DNA of 64,000 nucleotides, from assembly GCA_964411375.1 (NCBI GenBank), contig CAYPKR010000002.1:129960-193959 (forward strand), written 5' to 3'. The position numbers and the translations under genes are program-made. The stretch is from an uncultured Candidatus Saccharibacteria bacterium (GTDB taxonomy: Bacteria > Patescibacteriota > Minisyncoccia > Phycocordibacterales > UBA12088). Positions 1-9,327 of this stretch are shown here, piece by piece (position 1 is the first letter of the stretch; every line of letters starts with the position of its first letter). The notes beneath the pieces are model-generated. The model made no database searches and was not told where the DNA came from. It was given only the letters and a program-made list of their open reading frames with translations.

Positions 1-236
1 AAAGGAATGGCGCGATTTTTCGTGCGCTCCATGAGTCCATCGATGTCGCGATCGATCACATTATTGAATGCACCAGCGGATCCCATAACGAGCGCGATGC
101 CGAGAAGTGTTCCGAGAAGCGAGGTGAGATTGATGACGCCGTGGGAAGCGAGAAGAAATCCGCCAATCACCGTAACGACATTGCCGTAGACAATTCCCGA
201 TTTGATCAACGAATAATAGTGTTTGATTTTTCCCAT
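1..236 (-). CDS. cyoE: Heme o synthase (protoheme IX farnesyltransferase), 5' part; runs off the window
   Basis: Not in the ORF track. Manual translation gives MGKIKHYYSLIKSGIVYGNV...AFNNVIDRDIDGLMERTKNRAIP (UbiA-family NxxxDRDIDxxMxRT motif). Lies directly after cyoD. Confidence 0.93.
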   Translation of the reverse strand, partial: MGKIKHYYSLIKSGIVYGNVVTVIGGFLLASHGVINLTSLLGTLLGIALVMGSAGAFNNVIDRDIDGLMERTKNRAIP

Positions 237-237
237 A

Positions 238-618
238 TTAATCACGCATTGTTTGCGGAGAATAATCGTTTGAGGCACCGCTCTCCATTCGCGGCATCAT
301 GTTGTTGTTTAAATGGTGCATGATCCAAAGTGATCCGCCAACCACAATTGTGATGATTATCAGAGTGAAAGAAATTGCGGCAATATTCCACCTCGCCGAC
401 TTCCCTTTTCCGATATGGAGGAAGAAGAAAAGTTGAATAAAAAACTGAATGAGCGCAAGAAGAATGATCCATCCCACAAGCAGATTTCCTGAAAGCATAT
501 GGCTCGCAACCGGCACATACGCCGCGAGCGTCAAAACAATTGAGAGAACAAATCCGATGGTGTACGACAAAAATGTTCCATCTGATTTCTCTGTAGTTGT
601 GTGAATGTTGGTATCCAT
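238..618 (-). CDS. cyoD: Cytochrome bo3 ubiquinol oxidase subunit IV
   Basis: SYTIGFVLSIVLT, QLFFFLH and GSLWIM motifs; operon position. Confidence 0.95.
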   Translation of the reverse strand: MDTNIHTTTEKSDGTFLSYTIGFVLSIVLTLAAYVPVASHMLSGNLLVGWIILLALIQFFIQLFFFLHIGKGKSARWNIAAISFTLIIITIVVGGSLWIMHHLNNNMMPRMESGASNDYSPQTMRD

Positions 619-620
619 AA

Positions 621-1223
621 TTACAAAGCGCCAAAAAGATAGACAAACGTGAAAATAAAAATCCAGATGATATCAAGGAAATGCCAGAATAGGCTGAAGC
701 AGGCGAGTTTTCGCATCGTCGATCCGGAAAGATCCCGAAGGAACACATGCGCCATAATGACAATCATCCACACGGAACCCAAGAAGACGTGGAGTCCGTG
801 TGTACCGACGAGCGCAAAAAATGCCGAGAGCGATGCACTCTCACGCCACGATGCACCTTCATGTACAAATTTGCCGAACTCATATACTTCCATTGAAACG
901 AACACGAGTCCGAGGATAAGTGTCACAATGAGTGAAATCAGTACCGCACTTTTCTTTCTTTGATGTGCAAATAAAAGCGCGAGTCCCGCAGTGAACGAAC
1001 TCGTGAGAAGTAGCATCGTCTCAATCAAGACAAATGGCAAACTAGAGAGTCCACCGACTGACGGCGCACCAAATGTATTTCCTCGAAGCACCGCAAACGT
1101 TGCAAAGAGCGCAGCAAAGAGTACGCAGTCACTTAAAATATAAATCCAAAAACCAAACGTCACTGCTTCGGTCTTTTCCCCTTCCGGATGATCAGCATGT
1201 AATTGTACGGAATGACTCGTCAT
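621..1223 (-). CDS. cyoC: Cytochrome bo3 ubiquinol oxidase subunit III
   Basis: FGFWIYILSDCVLF, GTHGLHV and FWHFLDIIW motifs. Confidence 0.96.
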   Translation of the reverse strand: MTSHSVQLHADHPEGEKTEAVTFGFWIYILSDCVLFAALFATFAVLRGNTFGAPSVGGLSSLPFVLIETMLLLTSSFTAGLALLFAHQRKKSAVLISLIVTLILGLVFVSMEVYEFGKFVHEGASWRESASLSAFFALVGTHGLHVFLGSVWMIVIMAHVFLRDLSGSTMRKLACFSLFWHFLDIIWIFIFTFVYLFGAL

Positions 1224-1225
1224 GA

Positions 1226-3199
1226 TTATTTGTTGAACTTCAAGGCTTCAATTTTTGCAATCTCGCTTCCTGGAAGTGTGTATTCGATTTTCTCTTCGAA
1301 TGACCTTGCAATAATACTCGTCACAATTCCAGCAATCGACACGACAACCAGCCACCACATCTGCCACACCATCCCAAAGCCAAAGAGAAAACTGAATCCG
1401 GCGATCATGAGCCCTACACCAGTATTTTTCGGCAAGTGAATGTCATCATATTTTGGAAGAAGTGTCGGGAGTTTCCCTTCACGTTTCATTTCCCAAAAGG
1501 CGTCGCGTTTTCCGCCGTCCGGTATGACTGCAAAATTATACTCTGGAGCGGGCGAGGAAGTGCTCCATTCAAGCGTGCGCGCATTCCATGGATCTCCGGT
1601 CGTATCGGTGCGCAATTTTCGATTCCGAATTCCTTCGAAAATTTGTACCACTTGGAGGAAAATCGCGAACGCGATAATACATGCGCCAATAGCGGCAACG
1701 ATGAGAAGCGAATGCCAACCAGTCGATGCATCGATATGATCAAGACGGCGAGTCATTCCCATGAGTCCGAGGACATAGAGCGGAATAAATGCGAGTACGA
1801 ATCCGATTATCCATGACCAAAATACCCACGTTCCGATCCGCTCCGACAATCGATATCCAAAAATCTTTGGCCACCAATACGCAAGTCCGGCAAAAAATCC
1901 GAACAAGACACCGCCAATTATCATGTTGTGGAAATGCGCGACGAGAAAGAGCGTGTTATGAAATTGAAAATCCACCCCTGGAATTGCCATGAGTACTCCG
2001 GTCATTCCCCCTATCGTGAACGTAACCAAAAATCCCATGAACCAGAGCATCGGCGTCGCAAAGGTGATCCGTCCGCGGAACATAGTGAAAAGCCAGTTGA
2101 ATACTTTGACGCCAGTTGGAATTGAAATCGCCATCGTCATGATGCCGAAAAATGCATTTACGTTTGCGCCTGCGCCCATCGTAAAAAAGTGATGGAGCCA
2201 CACCATGAACGACATGACAACGATCAAGAGTGTTGCGATAACCATCGACGTGTAGCCAAACAGTCGCTTTGCCGAAAAAACGGGGACAATTTCGGAAAAG
2301 ATTCCGAACGCCGGCAAGATAAGAATGTAGACTTCCGGATGCCCCCACGCCCAGATGAGATTGACGTACATCATAAGATTGCCACCTCCGTCTGCCGTAA
2401 AGAAATGCATACCGAGATATCGGTCGAGTGAAAGCGTTGCGAGTGTTGCGGTCAAAATTGGAAATGCGAATAAAACCAAAATCATTGAGCCTAAGCTCGT
2501 CCACACAAAAACCGGCATATTCATGAGTCGCATATTCGGCGTGCGCATTTTCACAATCGTTACGATGAAGTTTACTGCCGCGAGCAAAGTTCCTACTCCG
2601 GCAATCTGGAGTGCCCATATATAGTAGTCAACGCCCACTCCCGGAGAATACGCCATTTCAGAAAGCGGCGGATACGCGAGCCAGCCGGTCGCCGCAAATT
2701 CGCCGATAACCAGGGACGCGTTCACGAGCATCGCTCCTGCAACCGTCATCCAAAAACTAAAAGAGTTTAAAAATGGAAATGCGACATCACGTGCGCCGAT
2801 TTGGAGTGGAACGATACAATTCAACAGTCCAAACATAAACGGCATGGCGACGAAGAAAATCATGATAACGCCGTGCGCGGTAAATATTTGGTCATAATGA
2901 GATGCTTCGAGGAAACCGTTTGAAGTGCCAACTGCGATCGCTTGCTGGCCGCGCATCATTAAGGCATCGACTCCGCCACGAAAGAGCATTACTCCCGCAA
3001 GAACGAGATACATGATGCCGATTTTTTTTGCATCTACGCTCGTGAGCCATTCTTTCCATAGCCATCTAAATCGTTTGGTGTACCAGAGAATCGCAATCAC
3101 CGAAACACCTCCAAGCACAACCATCATCTGCGCGCCGGTTTCAATCGGGCCGTGAATGAAGGAATCGATCGTCAGTTTTCCAAATAAGGTTTCGAGCAT
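1226..3199 (-). CDS. cyoB: Cytochrome bo3 ubiquinol oxidase subunit I
   Basis: Heme-copper oxidase motifs WGHPEVY, WLHHFF, AHFH and TAHGVIMIF. Confidence 0.98.
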   Translation of the reverse strand: MLETLFGKLTIDSFIHGPIETGAQMMVVLGGVSVIAILWYTKRFRWLWKEWLTSVDAKKIGIMYLVLAGVMLFRGGVDALMMRGQQAIAVGTSNGFLEASHYDQIFTAHGVIMIFFVAMPFMFGLLNCIVPLQIGARDVAFPFLNSFSFWMTVAGAMLVNASLVIGEFAATGWLAYPPLSEMAYSPGVGVDYYIWALQIAGVGTLLAAVNFIVTIVKMRTPNMRLMNMPVFVWTSLGSMILVLFAFPILTATLATLSLDRYLGMHFFTADGGGNLMMYVNLIWAWGHPEVYILILPAFGIFSEIVPVFSAKRLFGYTSMVIATLLIVVMSFMVWLHHFFTMGAGANVNAFFGIMTMAISIPTGVKVFNWLFTMFRGRITFATPMLWFMGFLVTFTIGGMTGVLMAIPGVDFQFHNTLFLVAHFHNMIIGGVLFGFFAGLAYWWPKIFGYRLSERIGTWVFWSWIIGFVLAFIPLYVLGLMGMTRRLDHIDASTGWHSLLIVAAIGACIIAFAIFLQVVQIFEGIRNRKLRTDTTGDPWNARTLEWSTSSPAPEYNFAVIPDGGKRDAFWEMKREGKLPTLLPKYDDIHLPKNTGVGLMIAGFSFLFGFGMVWQMWWLVVVSIAGIVTSIIARSFEEKIEYTLPGSEIAKIEALKFNK

Positions 3200-3201
3200 A
3201 A

Positions 3202-4122
3202 TTAATGTGTGTGCATTTCCATTCCATCCATTGAATGAGAATGTTCGCTACCAACTTCATCCATTTCCGGCATCATAAATTTGTGGATGATTGAATCGAA
3301 CATCCCATCTTGGACACCGCCATAATATTGTACTGGATTATCACTTCGTGGTTTCTTCAGTACTTCGTATTCATAGTCATTCAACGTTGACGAAGAATTC
3401 TGAACGCCTTCGAGCCACTTTGAAAAATCTTCTTCCGAGCGTACTTGTGCCGTAAACACCATGCCTGCAAAATGCGGACCGCTAAAGTTTGCCGACGAGC
3501 CGCGATAATCACCAACCTTGTCTGCGATCAAATGAAGCGGCGTCTGCATTCCGGTCATTGCATATATTTGTCCGCCAAGTTGTGGAATCCAAAATGAATT
3601 CATCGGCGCATCTGCAGTAATTTTGAAATTGACTGGCGTGTCTACTGGAAACTGCACGAAATTCACCGTCGCAATGTGTTCATTTGGATAGATAAAAAGC
3701 CAGCGTGATGGAAGCGCGACCACTTGGATTTCAATCGGTGCAACTTCCGATTCGAGCGGCTTGTATGGATCAAGATCGTGTGTTGAGCCCCACGTAAGCG
3801 CACCAAGAACCAAAATAATTTCAAATGGAATCGCCCACCAAATGAGTTCGTCCATTTTTGCATGCTCCCAATCCGGTGTGTACGTGGCCGATGTATTCCC
3901 TGCCCGATAATGCCATGCAAAATAAAACGCGAGAATAAAAACGGGAATCACGACAATGAGCATAAGAAGGACTGCATTAATCATGAGCGTACGCTCTTTG
4001 GATGCGATGAGTCCATGCGGTTGTAAAATCGGAATCGGGTGTCCAAGCGTCAAAAATGCCAAGAGCCCCGCAAACGCGAGCGATGCAAATATAAAAATGA
4101 AAAGCTGGATCCGATGCCTCAT
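3202..4122 (-). CDS. cyoA: Cytochrome bo3 ubiquinol oxidase subunit II
   Basis: [22 protein letters not shown] and SANFSG motifs with no CuA cysteines, i.e. quinol type. Start placed at MRHRIQ (4122) because the longer ORF runs through a terminator. Confidence 0.93.
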   Translation of the reverse strand: MRHRIQLFIFIFASLAFAGLLAFLTLGHPIPILQPHGLIASKERTLMINAVLLMLIVVIPVFILAFYFAWHYRAGNTSATYTPDWEHAKMDELIWWAIPFEIILVLGALTWGSTHDLDPYKPLESEVAPIEIQVVALPSRWLFIYPNEHIATVNFVQFPVDTPVNFKITADAPMNSFWIPQLGGQIYAMTGMQTPLHLIADKVGDYRGSSANFSGPHFAGMVFTAQVRSEEDFSKWLEGVQNSSSTLNDYEYEVLKKPRSDNPVQYYGGVQDGMFDSIIHKFMMPEMDEVGSEHSHSMDGMEMHTH

Positions 4123-4156
4123 CCTATGTGGAAAGTATAGCATTCGGGTAGGACGG

Positions 4157-4194
4157 AAAATGCCGGATTTCGCCAAGGCGAAATCCGGCATTTT
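4157..4194. terminator. 18-bp perfect-stem hairpin, likely terminator of the VOC genes
   Basis: AAAATGCCGGATTTCGCC-AA-GGCGAAATCCGGCATTTT. Confidence 0.75.
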
Positions 4195-4212
4195 TCCTAC
4201 CTTCATTCCCTC

Positions 4213-4707
4213 CTACCCTTTGTACGCCGCGTCCAAATCAGCAACCACAATCTTTTTCATCTTAAGCATCGCCTGCGTTGCGCGACCGCTTGCTGCTGGA
4301 TCTTTTTCGTTAAACCAGCGAGCCATGTCAGGAACAATCTGCCACGAAAAGCCGAATTTATCTTTGAGCCATCCACACTGCTGTGCTGATGGATCGCCGC
4401 CTTCGGTCAAAGCATTCCAGTACTTGTCGATTTCTTCCTGATCTTTACATTCAACCAAGAACGAGATTGCACCAGATGCTTTAAACACCGGTCCACCGTC
4501 GAGCGCCATAAATCGCTGACCAAAAAGTTCAAATACTCCGGTCAAAACCTTGCCGTCAAAACCCGCCATTGGTCCTTCGGTGATTCCCGATGGGTAGCGT
4601 TGGATCGTAACGATCTTTGAATCCGGAAATAGAGACGTGTAAAACTGCATCGCTTCTTCAGCGTTGTTGTTTTCAAACCAGAGAAACGGAGTAACTTTCT
4701 GAATCAT
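4213..4707 (-). CDS. VOC/PhnB-like (3-demethylubiquinone-9 methyltransferase-like) protein
   Basis: QKVTPFLWF..AEEAMQFY and CGWLKDKFGFSWQI motifs. Confidence 0.9.
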   Translation of the reverse strand: MIQKVTPFLWFENNNAEEAMQFYTSLFPDSKIVTIQRYPSGITEGPMAGFDGKVLTGVFELFGQRFMALDGGPVFKASGAISFLVECKDQEEIDKYWNALTEGGDPSAQQCGWLKDKFGFSWQIVPDMARWFNEKDPAASGRATQAMLKMKKIVVADLDAAYKG

Positions 4708-4753
4708 AGTTGATTTGATTAATGTATAATTTCATTCGCATTACATTCGCGAC

Positions 4754-5155
4754 CTACATTCCCTTGGGCTGCAGAATTCCAACCTGATTCCCTTCCGTAT
4801 CAATTATTGATGCGTAGAGTCCGATTCCCGGAATATCATCGGGTACGCCAGGAACAAGTCCACCAAGCACTTTACCTCCCGCATCCGCAACCTTTTTCAT
4901 TGCCGCTTCGATATCATCGACGGCGATAACAACCGATACTCCCTGATCCGGCTTTGTTCGCTTAAACATGCCTCCATTTATTCTTCCCGGTTCTTTCAGC
5001 ATATTTTTCTCATCCGTTTCTGCGGTATGCACAACGACATACTCTCCCATTTCGGGACCGAGCATCTGCGCCTGCCAGCCGAAGGTTTTGGTATAAAAAT
5101 CAGCCATGCGCTGTTTGTCTTCATATGGCATTTCGAAGTGAACTACCGGATTCAT
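4754..5155 (-). CDS. VOC family glyoxalase/bleomycin-resistance protein
   Basis: VVHFEMP, INGG and DTEGNQVGI motifs. Confidence 0.88.
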   Translation of the reverse strand: MNPVVHFEMPYEDKQRMADFYTKTFGWQAQMLGPEMGEYVVVHTAETDEKNMLKEPGRINGGMFKRTKPDQGVSVVIAVDDIEAAMKKVADAGGKVLGGLVPGVPDDIPGIGLYASIIDTEGNQVGILQPKGM

Positions 5156-5371
5156 AGAGGTGCGTTAATTGATACACGGGCAGTATATCACGCGAAGATG
5201 AGGGCTTCTTGAAGGAGAAAAAGGCGACGATTTTAGGCTCCCTTTAAGGGCGACAACGTACAAGCGAAACGCAACATACTTTCCTCTCTTAGTTCGAACC
5301 TAAAAATTACGTTGTGGCACAAGACTCAAAAGAAAAAAGAGCCAAAAGACCCTGTTTTTTTTACTTTGCTC

Positions 5372-5479
5372 GCCTTACTGAACGATTTTCGAACTTTTGA
5401 CTGGGCTTCCGAGTACAAATATCCGACTGTGGTACTCGACCAGATGAAAGGCCTGTTGGCCAAGTATGAGAACGTATAA
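5372..5479 (+). pseudogene. Stranded C-terminal 35 codons of the serine recombinase (attP-derived arm)
   Basis: Reads ALLNDFRTFDWASEYKYPTVVLDQMKGLLAKYENV* in frame after CTC at 5369-5371 and has no start of its own. Confidence 0.65.
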
Positions 5480-5595
5480 CCCCTGATTTTCCACCTGGTT
5501 GCCCCTGTGGCGAGCGTTCATGCACGGGACGACGATTGACACACTTCGCACCCTCGACCACCACGTTGCCCCGATTTGAACCCGTGGCGCAAAAC

Positions 5596-5649
5596 TGTGG
5601 GTAACTGCGCCAAAATGAGCTTGGCTTCGCTCGCAAAAGAGCATAGGGT
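5596..5649 (+). promoter_or_regulatory. DnaA-box-like TGTGGGTAACT plus TTGGCT-17-TAGGGT promoter
   Basis: A near-copy of this module precedes the recombinase at 14086-14130. Confidence 0.5.
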
Positions 5650-5658
5650 CGGGTTGCG

Positions 5659-5970
5659 ATGGAAGAATCCGTGGACATCGACGCGGCCATCAAAGCCGCC
5701 AAAGATATACGACTTAAATACCGGAAAGGCACGCTCAATCCGCTCTCTTTGCTTCCGGAGCCGAAAGCCAAACTAAAAGCCGCTTTGAAAGATCGTATGA
5801 GACTCCTTGCGGGCGTATACATTTCACTCGCCAGTTTCGTCGAGGATGGCGACGTGCTCTTTGCCGAGCGCAATCCGAAGTCAAAGAAAACAAAACGAAT
5901 ATATCTCAAAGTCCTCGAGGACATGGAAACGGCGCAGAAAGAACTGCGCCGTTTTAAGTTGTTGGAGTAA
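5659..5970 (+). CDS. Hypothetical protein (element)
   Basis: 103-aa basic helical ORF downstream of a promoter-like module. Confidence 0.6.
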   Translation: MEESVDIDAAIKAAKDIRLKYRKGTLNPLSLLPEPKAKLKAALKDRMRLLAGVYISLASFVEDGDVLFAERNPKSKKTKRIYLKVLEDMETAQKELRRFKLLE

Positions 5971-8900
5971 CTTCGGCTGTAGTAGCTGCCGCTTGCGCCA
6001 CCTCGGCAACATTATCATCCAAGACTTTATAAACCATCGGTATATATTTCTTATAGGATGCCTCGTCATTTCCTACGAACACAATTTTATCCTTGTCCTC
6101 AAGTTTAAGTGCTTTAAAGGCATCACCATGCTTTTGCCAAAAGGCAGCAAGTTTTACTTTATCTAGTACCTTCGTAAATTCATTGATACTTGGTACATAT
6201 TTCAATCCATCTTCTCGCGCAGAAGCAAACGCATTGGCGAAATTACGGAATAGATAATCGATAAAATATTCAGCATTTTGGGTTTTGGTTGGATCAAAAC
6301 ATACCTCAAATAAATAATTATTCACCGCATCTCTAATTCCCTGATTATCTCCAGTTCCGGCAGGATCATAGTAGCCGCATCCCGCCCCTAGGTTGATTTC
6401 AGCATTTGCCATTTGATAAAGAATGAATGCTCCGACTCTTGTCTTAAGTTCGATGGTTTTCTTCTCAAGATCTTCAACCTTGAAAACACCCTCAGATATT
6501 TTTTGATTTACAAAATCCCCGTATTTTCCAACAAGGTCGCTTGTCTCTAGAGCATCAATTTCTTCAAAGATATTTTTCTTTGGGACAATATAACGAGTAT
6601 TAAATATATCGAAGGCCTTTTGAGATATTTCTCTCATTTCTTCGCATGCAATATCTCTCGTAGAACCTTGTGTTGGAGCGTTCGGATTAGCATGTTGTGC
6701 TACAGCACGGGATAAATCAAAAATATCACCGCCACGGTCTGCGCTACACGATAATCTAAAAAGCATCAGGTCATGAACTCCTAGTACGCCTCTGCTTTCT
6801 TCCGAAAGCCTGCCGAGAACTCCGTTACCGGCATGTCGGCCGTCACCAAATATCCATTCAGCAATTTCTGCGATATGCGGCTCTACGTTGTTGGCATGTT
6901 TTCCTGCCGGATCAATCCAGCCAGCGTCATTGAGTAGCCTCGTGAGGAAATAATCGAGATTATGCCGTAATCCCATGCCCACATTCGGATCGCCCATTTC
7001 AAGCAATGAATATTCGGGTATCGTGTTTAAGAGATGATCAATAATTTCTGTTGCAATATCGTGCGGCAATTCTCGAGCATTATTTACCAATATGCGCCAT
7101 AGTCGCTCTCTAGGATATTCTCCCTCTGTATAGGCAAATTTTGGATCAGCAAAGGCCGAAGCAACAGTTGTTGTTTTATCTAGAATCTTTTCTCTCCATG
7201 ACATATAAAACCTATGTTGACCAATATCTACAGGTTTGGAGAGATTTACGATCAAATCCAAGTATGTCTCAAGATTTCTTCCATTCGTCCAGCCACCATT
7301 GAAACACGCAAGCGAAGTACGCACATCCTCCGGTACACTGTCGATGCGGGCATAGTCATTTCCTCGTGGGAAGCTTTCTCCGAGTGACTTGAGCCTTACA
7401 TCAACGTTAAATACTTGATCTAAAAGGAAACGTTGGTGACTATCTTTGGGAAATTGCTCAAGATATTCGTGGTAATAAGTCGAGTTCTTGTAGGTAGAGT
7501 CGCTGAAAGATGAGCGTCGTTGGCCATTAGTATCTTCCGGATAGCCATCTTCGTGAGGTAGCACGAGAGAAAAGAAACCGCGTCCACCTTTTGTTTCAGT
7601 ATCATATATTTTTCGAAAGACACTCGGATAGTGGATATAAATCAGCAATAGGTTAATAAGGTCTCTCTTGTCGAAATCGCTGTTTTGGAAATTAGTGTTT
7701 TGAAGATCAAACATCAAAACGGTATTTATAAGCCGCTTCAGTTTTCTAACATCTCCAATGAATGGAAGATACCGGTGGTAAATTGATGATTTGTATATAT
7801 CAAGTAAACCGCCCACCGCTTGCCGTACAGGAAGCGGGTCGACCAAGCTAGTCGTAAGCGTTTTTTCAAGATTGTCGGACACGTAGTTTGCCAGATCTGC
7901 CCGTTCCAAGTAAAGACTAATCTTTATATTCACAAACTTTTCTAAAAATTCACCAACCTTTTCTATATCCGGAGTTTCAGCTTCTAAAATGCCGATGTTT
8001 TCAGTGTCATAACAAATAACATAAGAGACGTTCGGAAATGCAAAGCTCTTTCTAATAACAAATAGGATTTCTTTTATTTCCTCAAAACTTATCCGGTCCA
8101 AATCGTCGATAACAATTATCACTTTCTTTGGAAAACGTTTAAGCACAGCACCTAAGTCATCACATGCTTCGTCGGCCGTGTAATCAACTGCAAACGATGG
8201 CAAAGTTAGTCCGAACAGAGAGAATCTGCTTATTTCTTTTAATAGTCGAGCGTAGCGTGAGATCAGCGGCTTAATTTCAGGAATGAAGGAGTCTTTCTGT
8301 ATTGCATGAATAAGTCCATCAATGAATATCTCAAGTAGGTTGGCTGTTCCGAGATAACGCAGAGGACTAAATTTGTATATGACAACCTCTCTTGCATGTT
8401 TCTCCTCCCAATATTCTTTGCAAAAGTTAATGAAAGTTGATTTTCCGATACCCCATGGCGCGTCCACGCCAAATACAAAGCTTTCAGGCGATCCACTATT
8501 AAAGACCTGCTCTGCGAACCTCTCTGCTTTTTCTGAAAAGTTAAGAAGATCGCTATCTTTGTTCTCTAATTCCTTATCTACAACAAACGATGAGTCGTTC
8601 TTTTTCTCATTCCAGATAAGTACTAACTGTCTCAACATTACAAGTATCCCCAAAATAAATGGAGCGGAAATAAGAGTAAGTATTTGAAGAATATTCAAGG
8701 ACGAGACAATTTTTATGTCCCAGTTTGATAAAAAACCTCCCCAAACTACACTTAACAAAATTCCAAAGACAAAAGCGACGACAACATCGATACGTCCACT
8801 TTTAGCAATCTTTTTAATATCGGAAAAGATGCCACGCGCCAGTAGGTATAAGATCAGCAAAGCAACTCCAAATAGAGATAGCGTTATAGCGGCACTCTCG

Positions 8901-9082
8901 TAATTACTAACTTCGATCCACTTATTGAGCTTATCTGAAAGCAGTAGTGATAAATGCCACACCTCTGCACTTAAGATACCTAAGAAGGCTGTTTTGATCA
9001 GCATTACCAAATTTGCCGTTATGATACGGAAATCGGAGAGAGTTTCTCCTAGTTTTTTGATAGATGGTTTAATTTCTCTCAT
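5954..9082 (-). CDS. KAP-family P-loop NTPase with N-terminal transmembrane helices
   Basis: About 4 hydrophobic segments, Walker A GVDAPWGIGKST, Walker B IVIDDLDR, FLEKFV and RKLKRLIN motifs, and a long unrecognised C-terminus. Confidence 0.88.
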   Translation of the reverse strand: MREIKPSIKKLGETLSDFRIITANLVMLIKTAFLGILSAEVWHLSLLLSDKLNKWIEVSNYESAAITLSLFGVALLILYLLARGIFSDIKKIAKSGRIDVVVAFVFGILLSVVWGGFLSNWDIKIVSSLNILQILTLISAPFILGILVMLRQLVLIWNEKKNDSSFVVDKELENKDSDLLNFSEKAERFAEQVFNSGSPESFVFGVDAPWGIGKSTFINFCKEYWEEKHAREVVIYKFSPLRYLGTANLLEIFIDGLIHAIQKDSFIPEIKPLISRYARLLKEISRFSLFGLTLPSFAVDYTADEACDDLGAVLKRFPKKVIIVIDDLDRISFEEIKEILFVIRKSFAFPNVSYVICYDTENIGILEAETPDIEKVGEFLEKFVNIKISLYLERADLANYVSDNLEKTLTTSLVDPLPVRQAVGGLLDIYKSSIYHRYLPFIGDVRKLKRLINTVLMFDLQNTNFQNSDFDKRDLINLLLIYIHYPSVFRKIYDTETKGGRGFFSLVLPHEDGYPEDTNGQRRSSFSDSTYKNSTYYHEYLEQFPKDSHQRFLLDQVFNVDVRLKSLGESFPRGNDYARIDSVPEDVRTSLACFNGGWTNGRNLETYLDLIVNLSKPVDIGQHRFYMSWREKILDKTTTVASAFADPKFAYTEGEYPRERLWRILVNNARELPHDIATEIIDHLLNTIPEYSLLEMGDPNVGMGLRHNLDYFLTRLLNDAGWIDPAGKHANNVEPHIAEIAEWIFGDGRHAGNGVLGRLSEESRGVLGVHDLMLFRLSCSADRGGDIFDLSRAVAQHANPNAPTQGSTRDIACEEMREISQKAFDIFNTRYIVPKKNIFEEIDALETSDLVGKYGDFVNQKISEGVFKVEDLEKKTIELKTRVGAFILYQMANAEINLGAGCGYYDPAGTGDNQGIRDAVNNYLFEVCFDPTKTQNAEYFIDYLFRNFANAFASAREDGLKYVPSINEFTKVLDKVKLAAFWQKHGDAFKALKLEDKDKIVFVGNDEASYKKYIPMVYKVLDDNVAEVAQAAATTAEVTPTT

Positions 9083-9112
9083 GCTTAATACATCAATTAT
9101 CCACTTTTTAAG

Positions 9113-9141
9113 TTGAGATGTAAAGAATTGTAAAGTATAAT
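9113..9141 (+). promoter_or_regulatory. Sigma70 promoter TTGAGA-17-TATAAT with a TGTAAAG tandem repeat in the spacer
   Basis: Near-consensus hexamers; the ATG lies 6 nt after the -10 (leaderless-type). Confidence 0.75.
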
Positions 9142-9147
9142 TCTATT

Positions 9148-9324
9148 ATGACAGGCAAAGAGTTCTACACCGCTCAAGAATTAGCCGATAAATTAGGGGT
9201 AAATATTATGACTATTTACCGCTATATCAAAGCTAAGAAATTCAAGGCCTATAAATTAGGTAAGGAATTCAGAATAGACAAAGCCGATTTCAAATCTTTC
9301 ATGGAAAAGGCAAAGACCATTTAA
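9148..9324 (+). CDS. Excisionase-like HTH (HTH_17/MerR-like) protein, 58 aa
   Basis: Below the ORF-track cutoff: MTGKEFYTAQELADKLGVNIMTIYRYIKAKKFKAYKLGKEFRIDKADFKSFMEKAKTI*. Confidence 0.88.
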   Translation: MTGKEFYTAQELADKLGVNIMTIYRYIKAKKFKAYKLGKEFRIDKADFKSFMEKAKTI

Positions 9325-9327
9325 TTT

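Noticed and set aside
4123-4206. N-terminal ORF extensions (cyoA; also the tracks starting at 26213, 26741, 32023, 45097, 46143 and 48606)
   Set aside because: They run through terminators, promoters or neighbouring genes; downstream ATGs fit the family N-termini and -10 spacing.
4213-4707. Ubiquinone biosynthesis gene next to cyo
   Set aside because: The family name is historical; the fold is VOC/PhnB with no SAM-binding motif.
5200-5480. Long direct repeat of the tRNA 3' end as a classical attL
   Set aside because: None was found; only GCTC and the offset TTCGAAC are shared, which fits a serine rather than a tyrosine integrase.
5361-5924. 187-aa minus-strand ORF spanning the left junction
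   Set aside because: It is antisense to the better-supported 5659-5970 gene and the stranded recombinase tail, and has no motifs.
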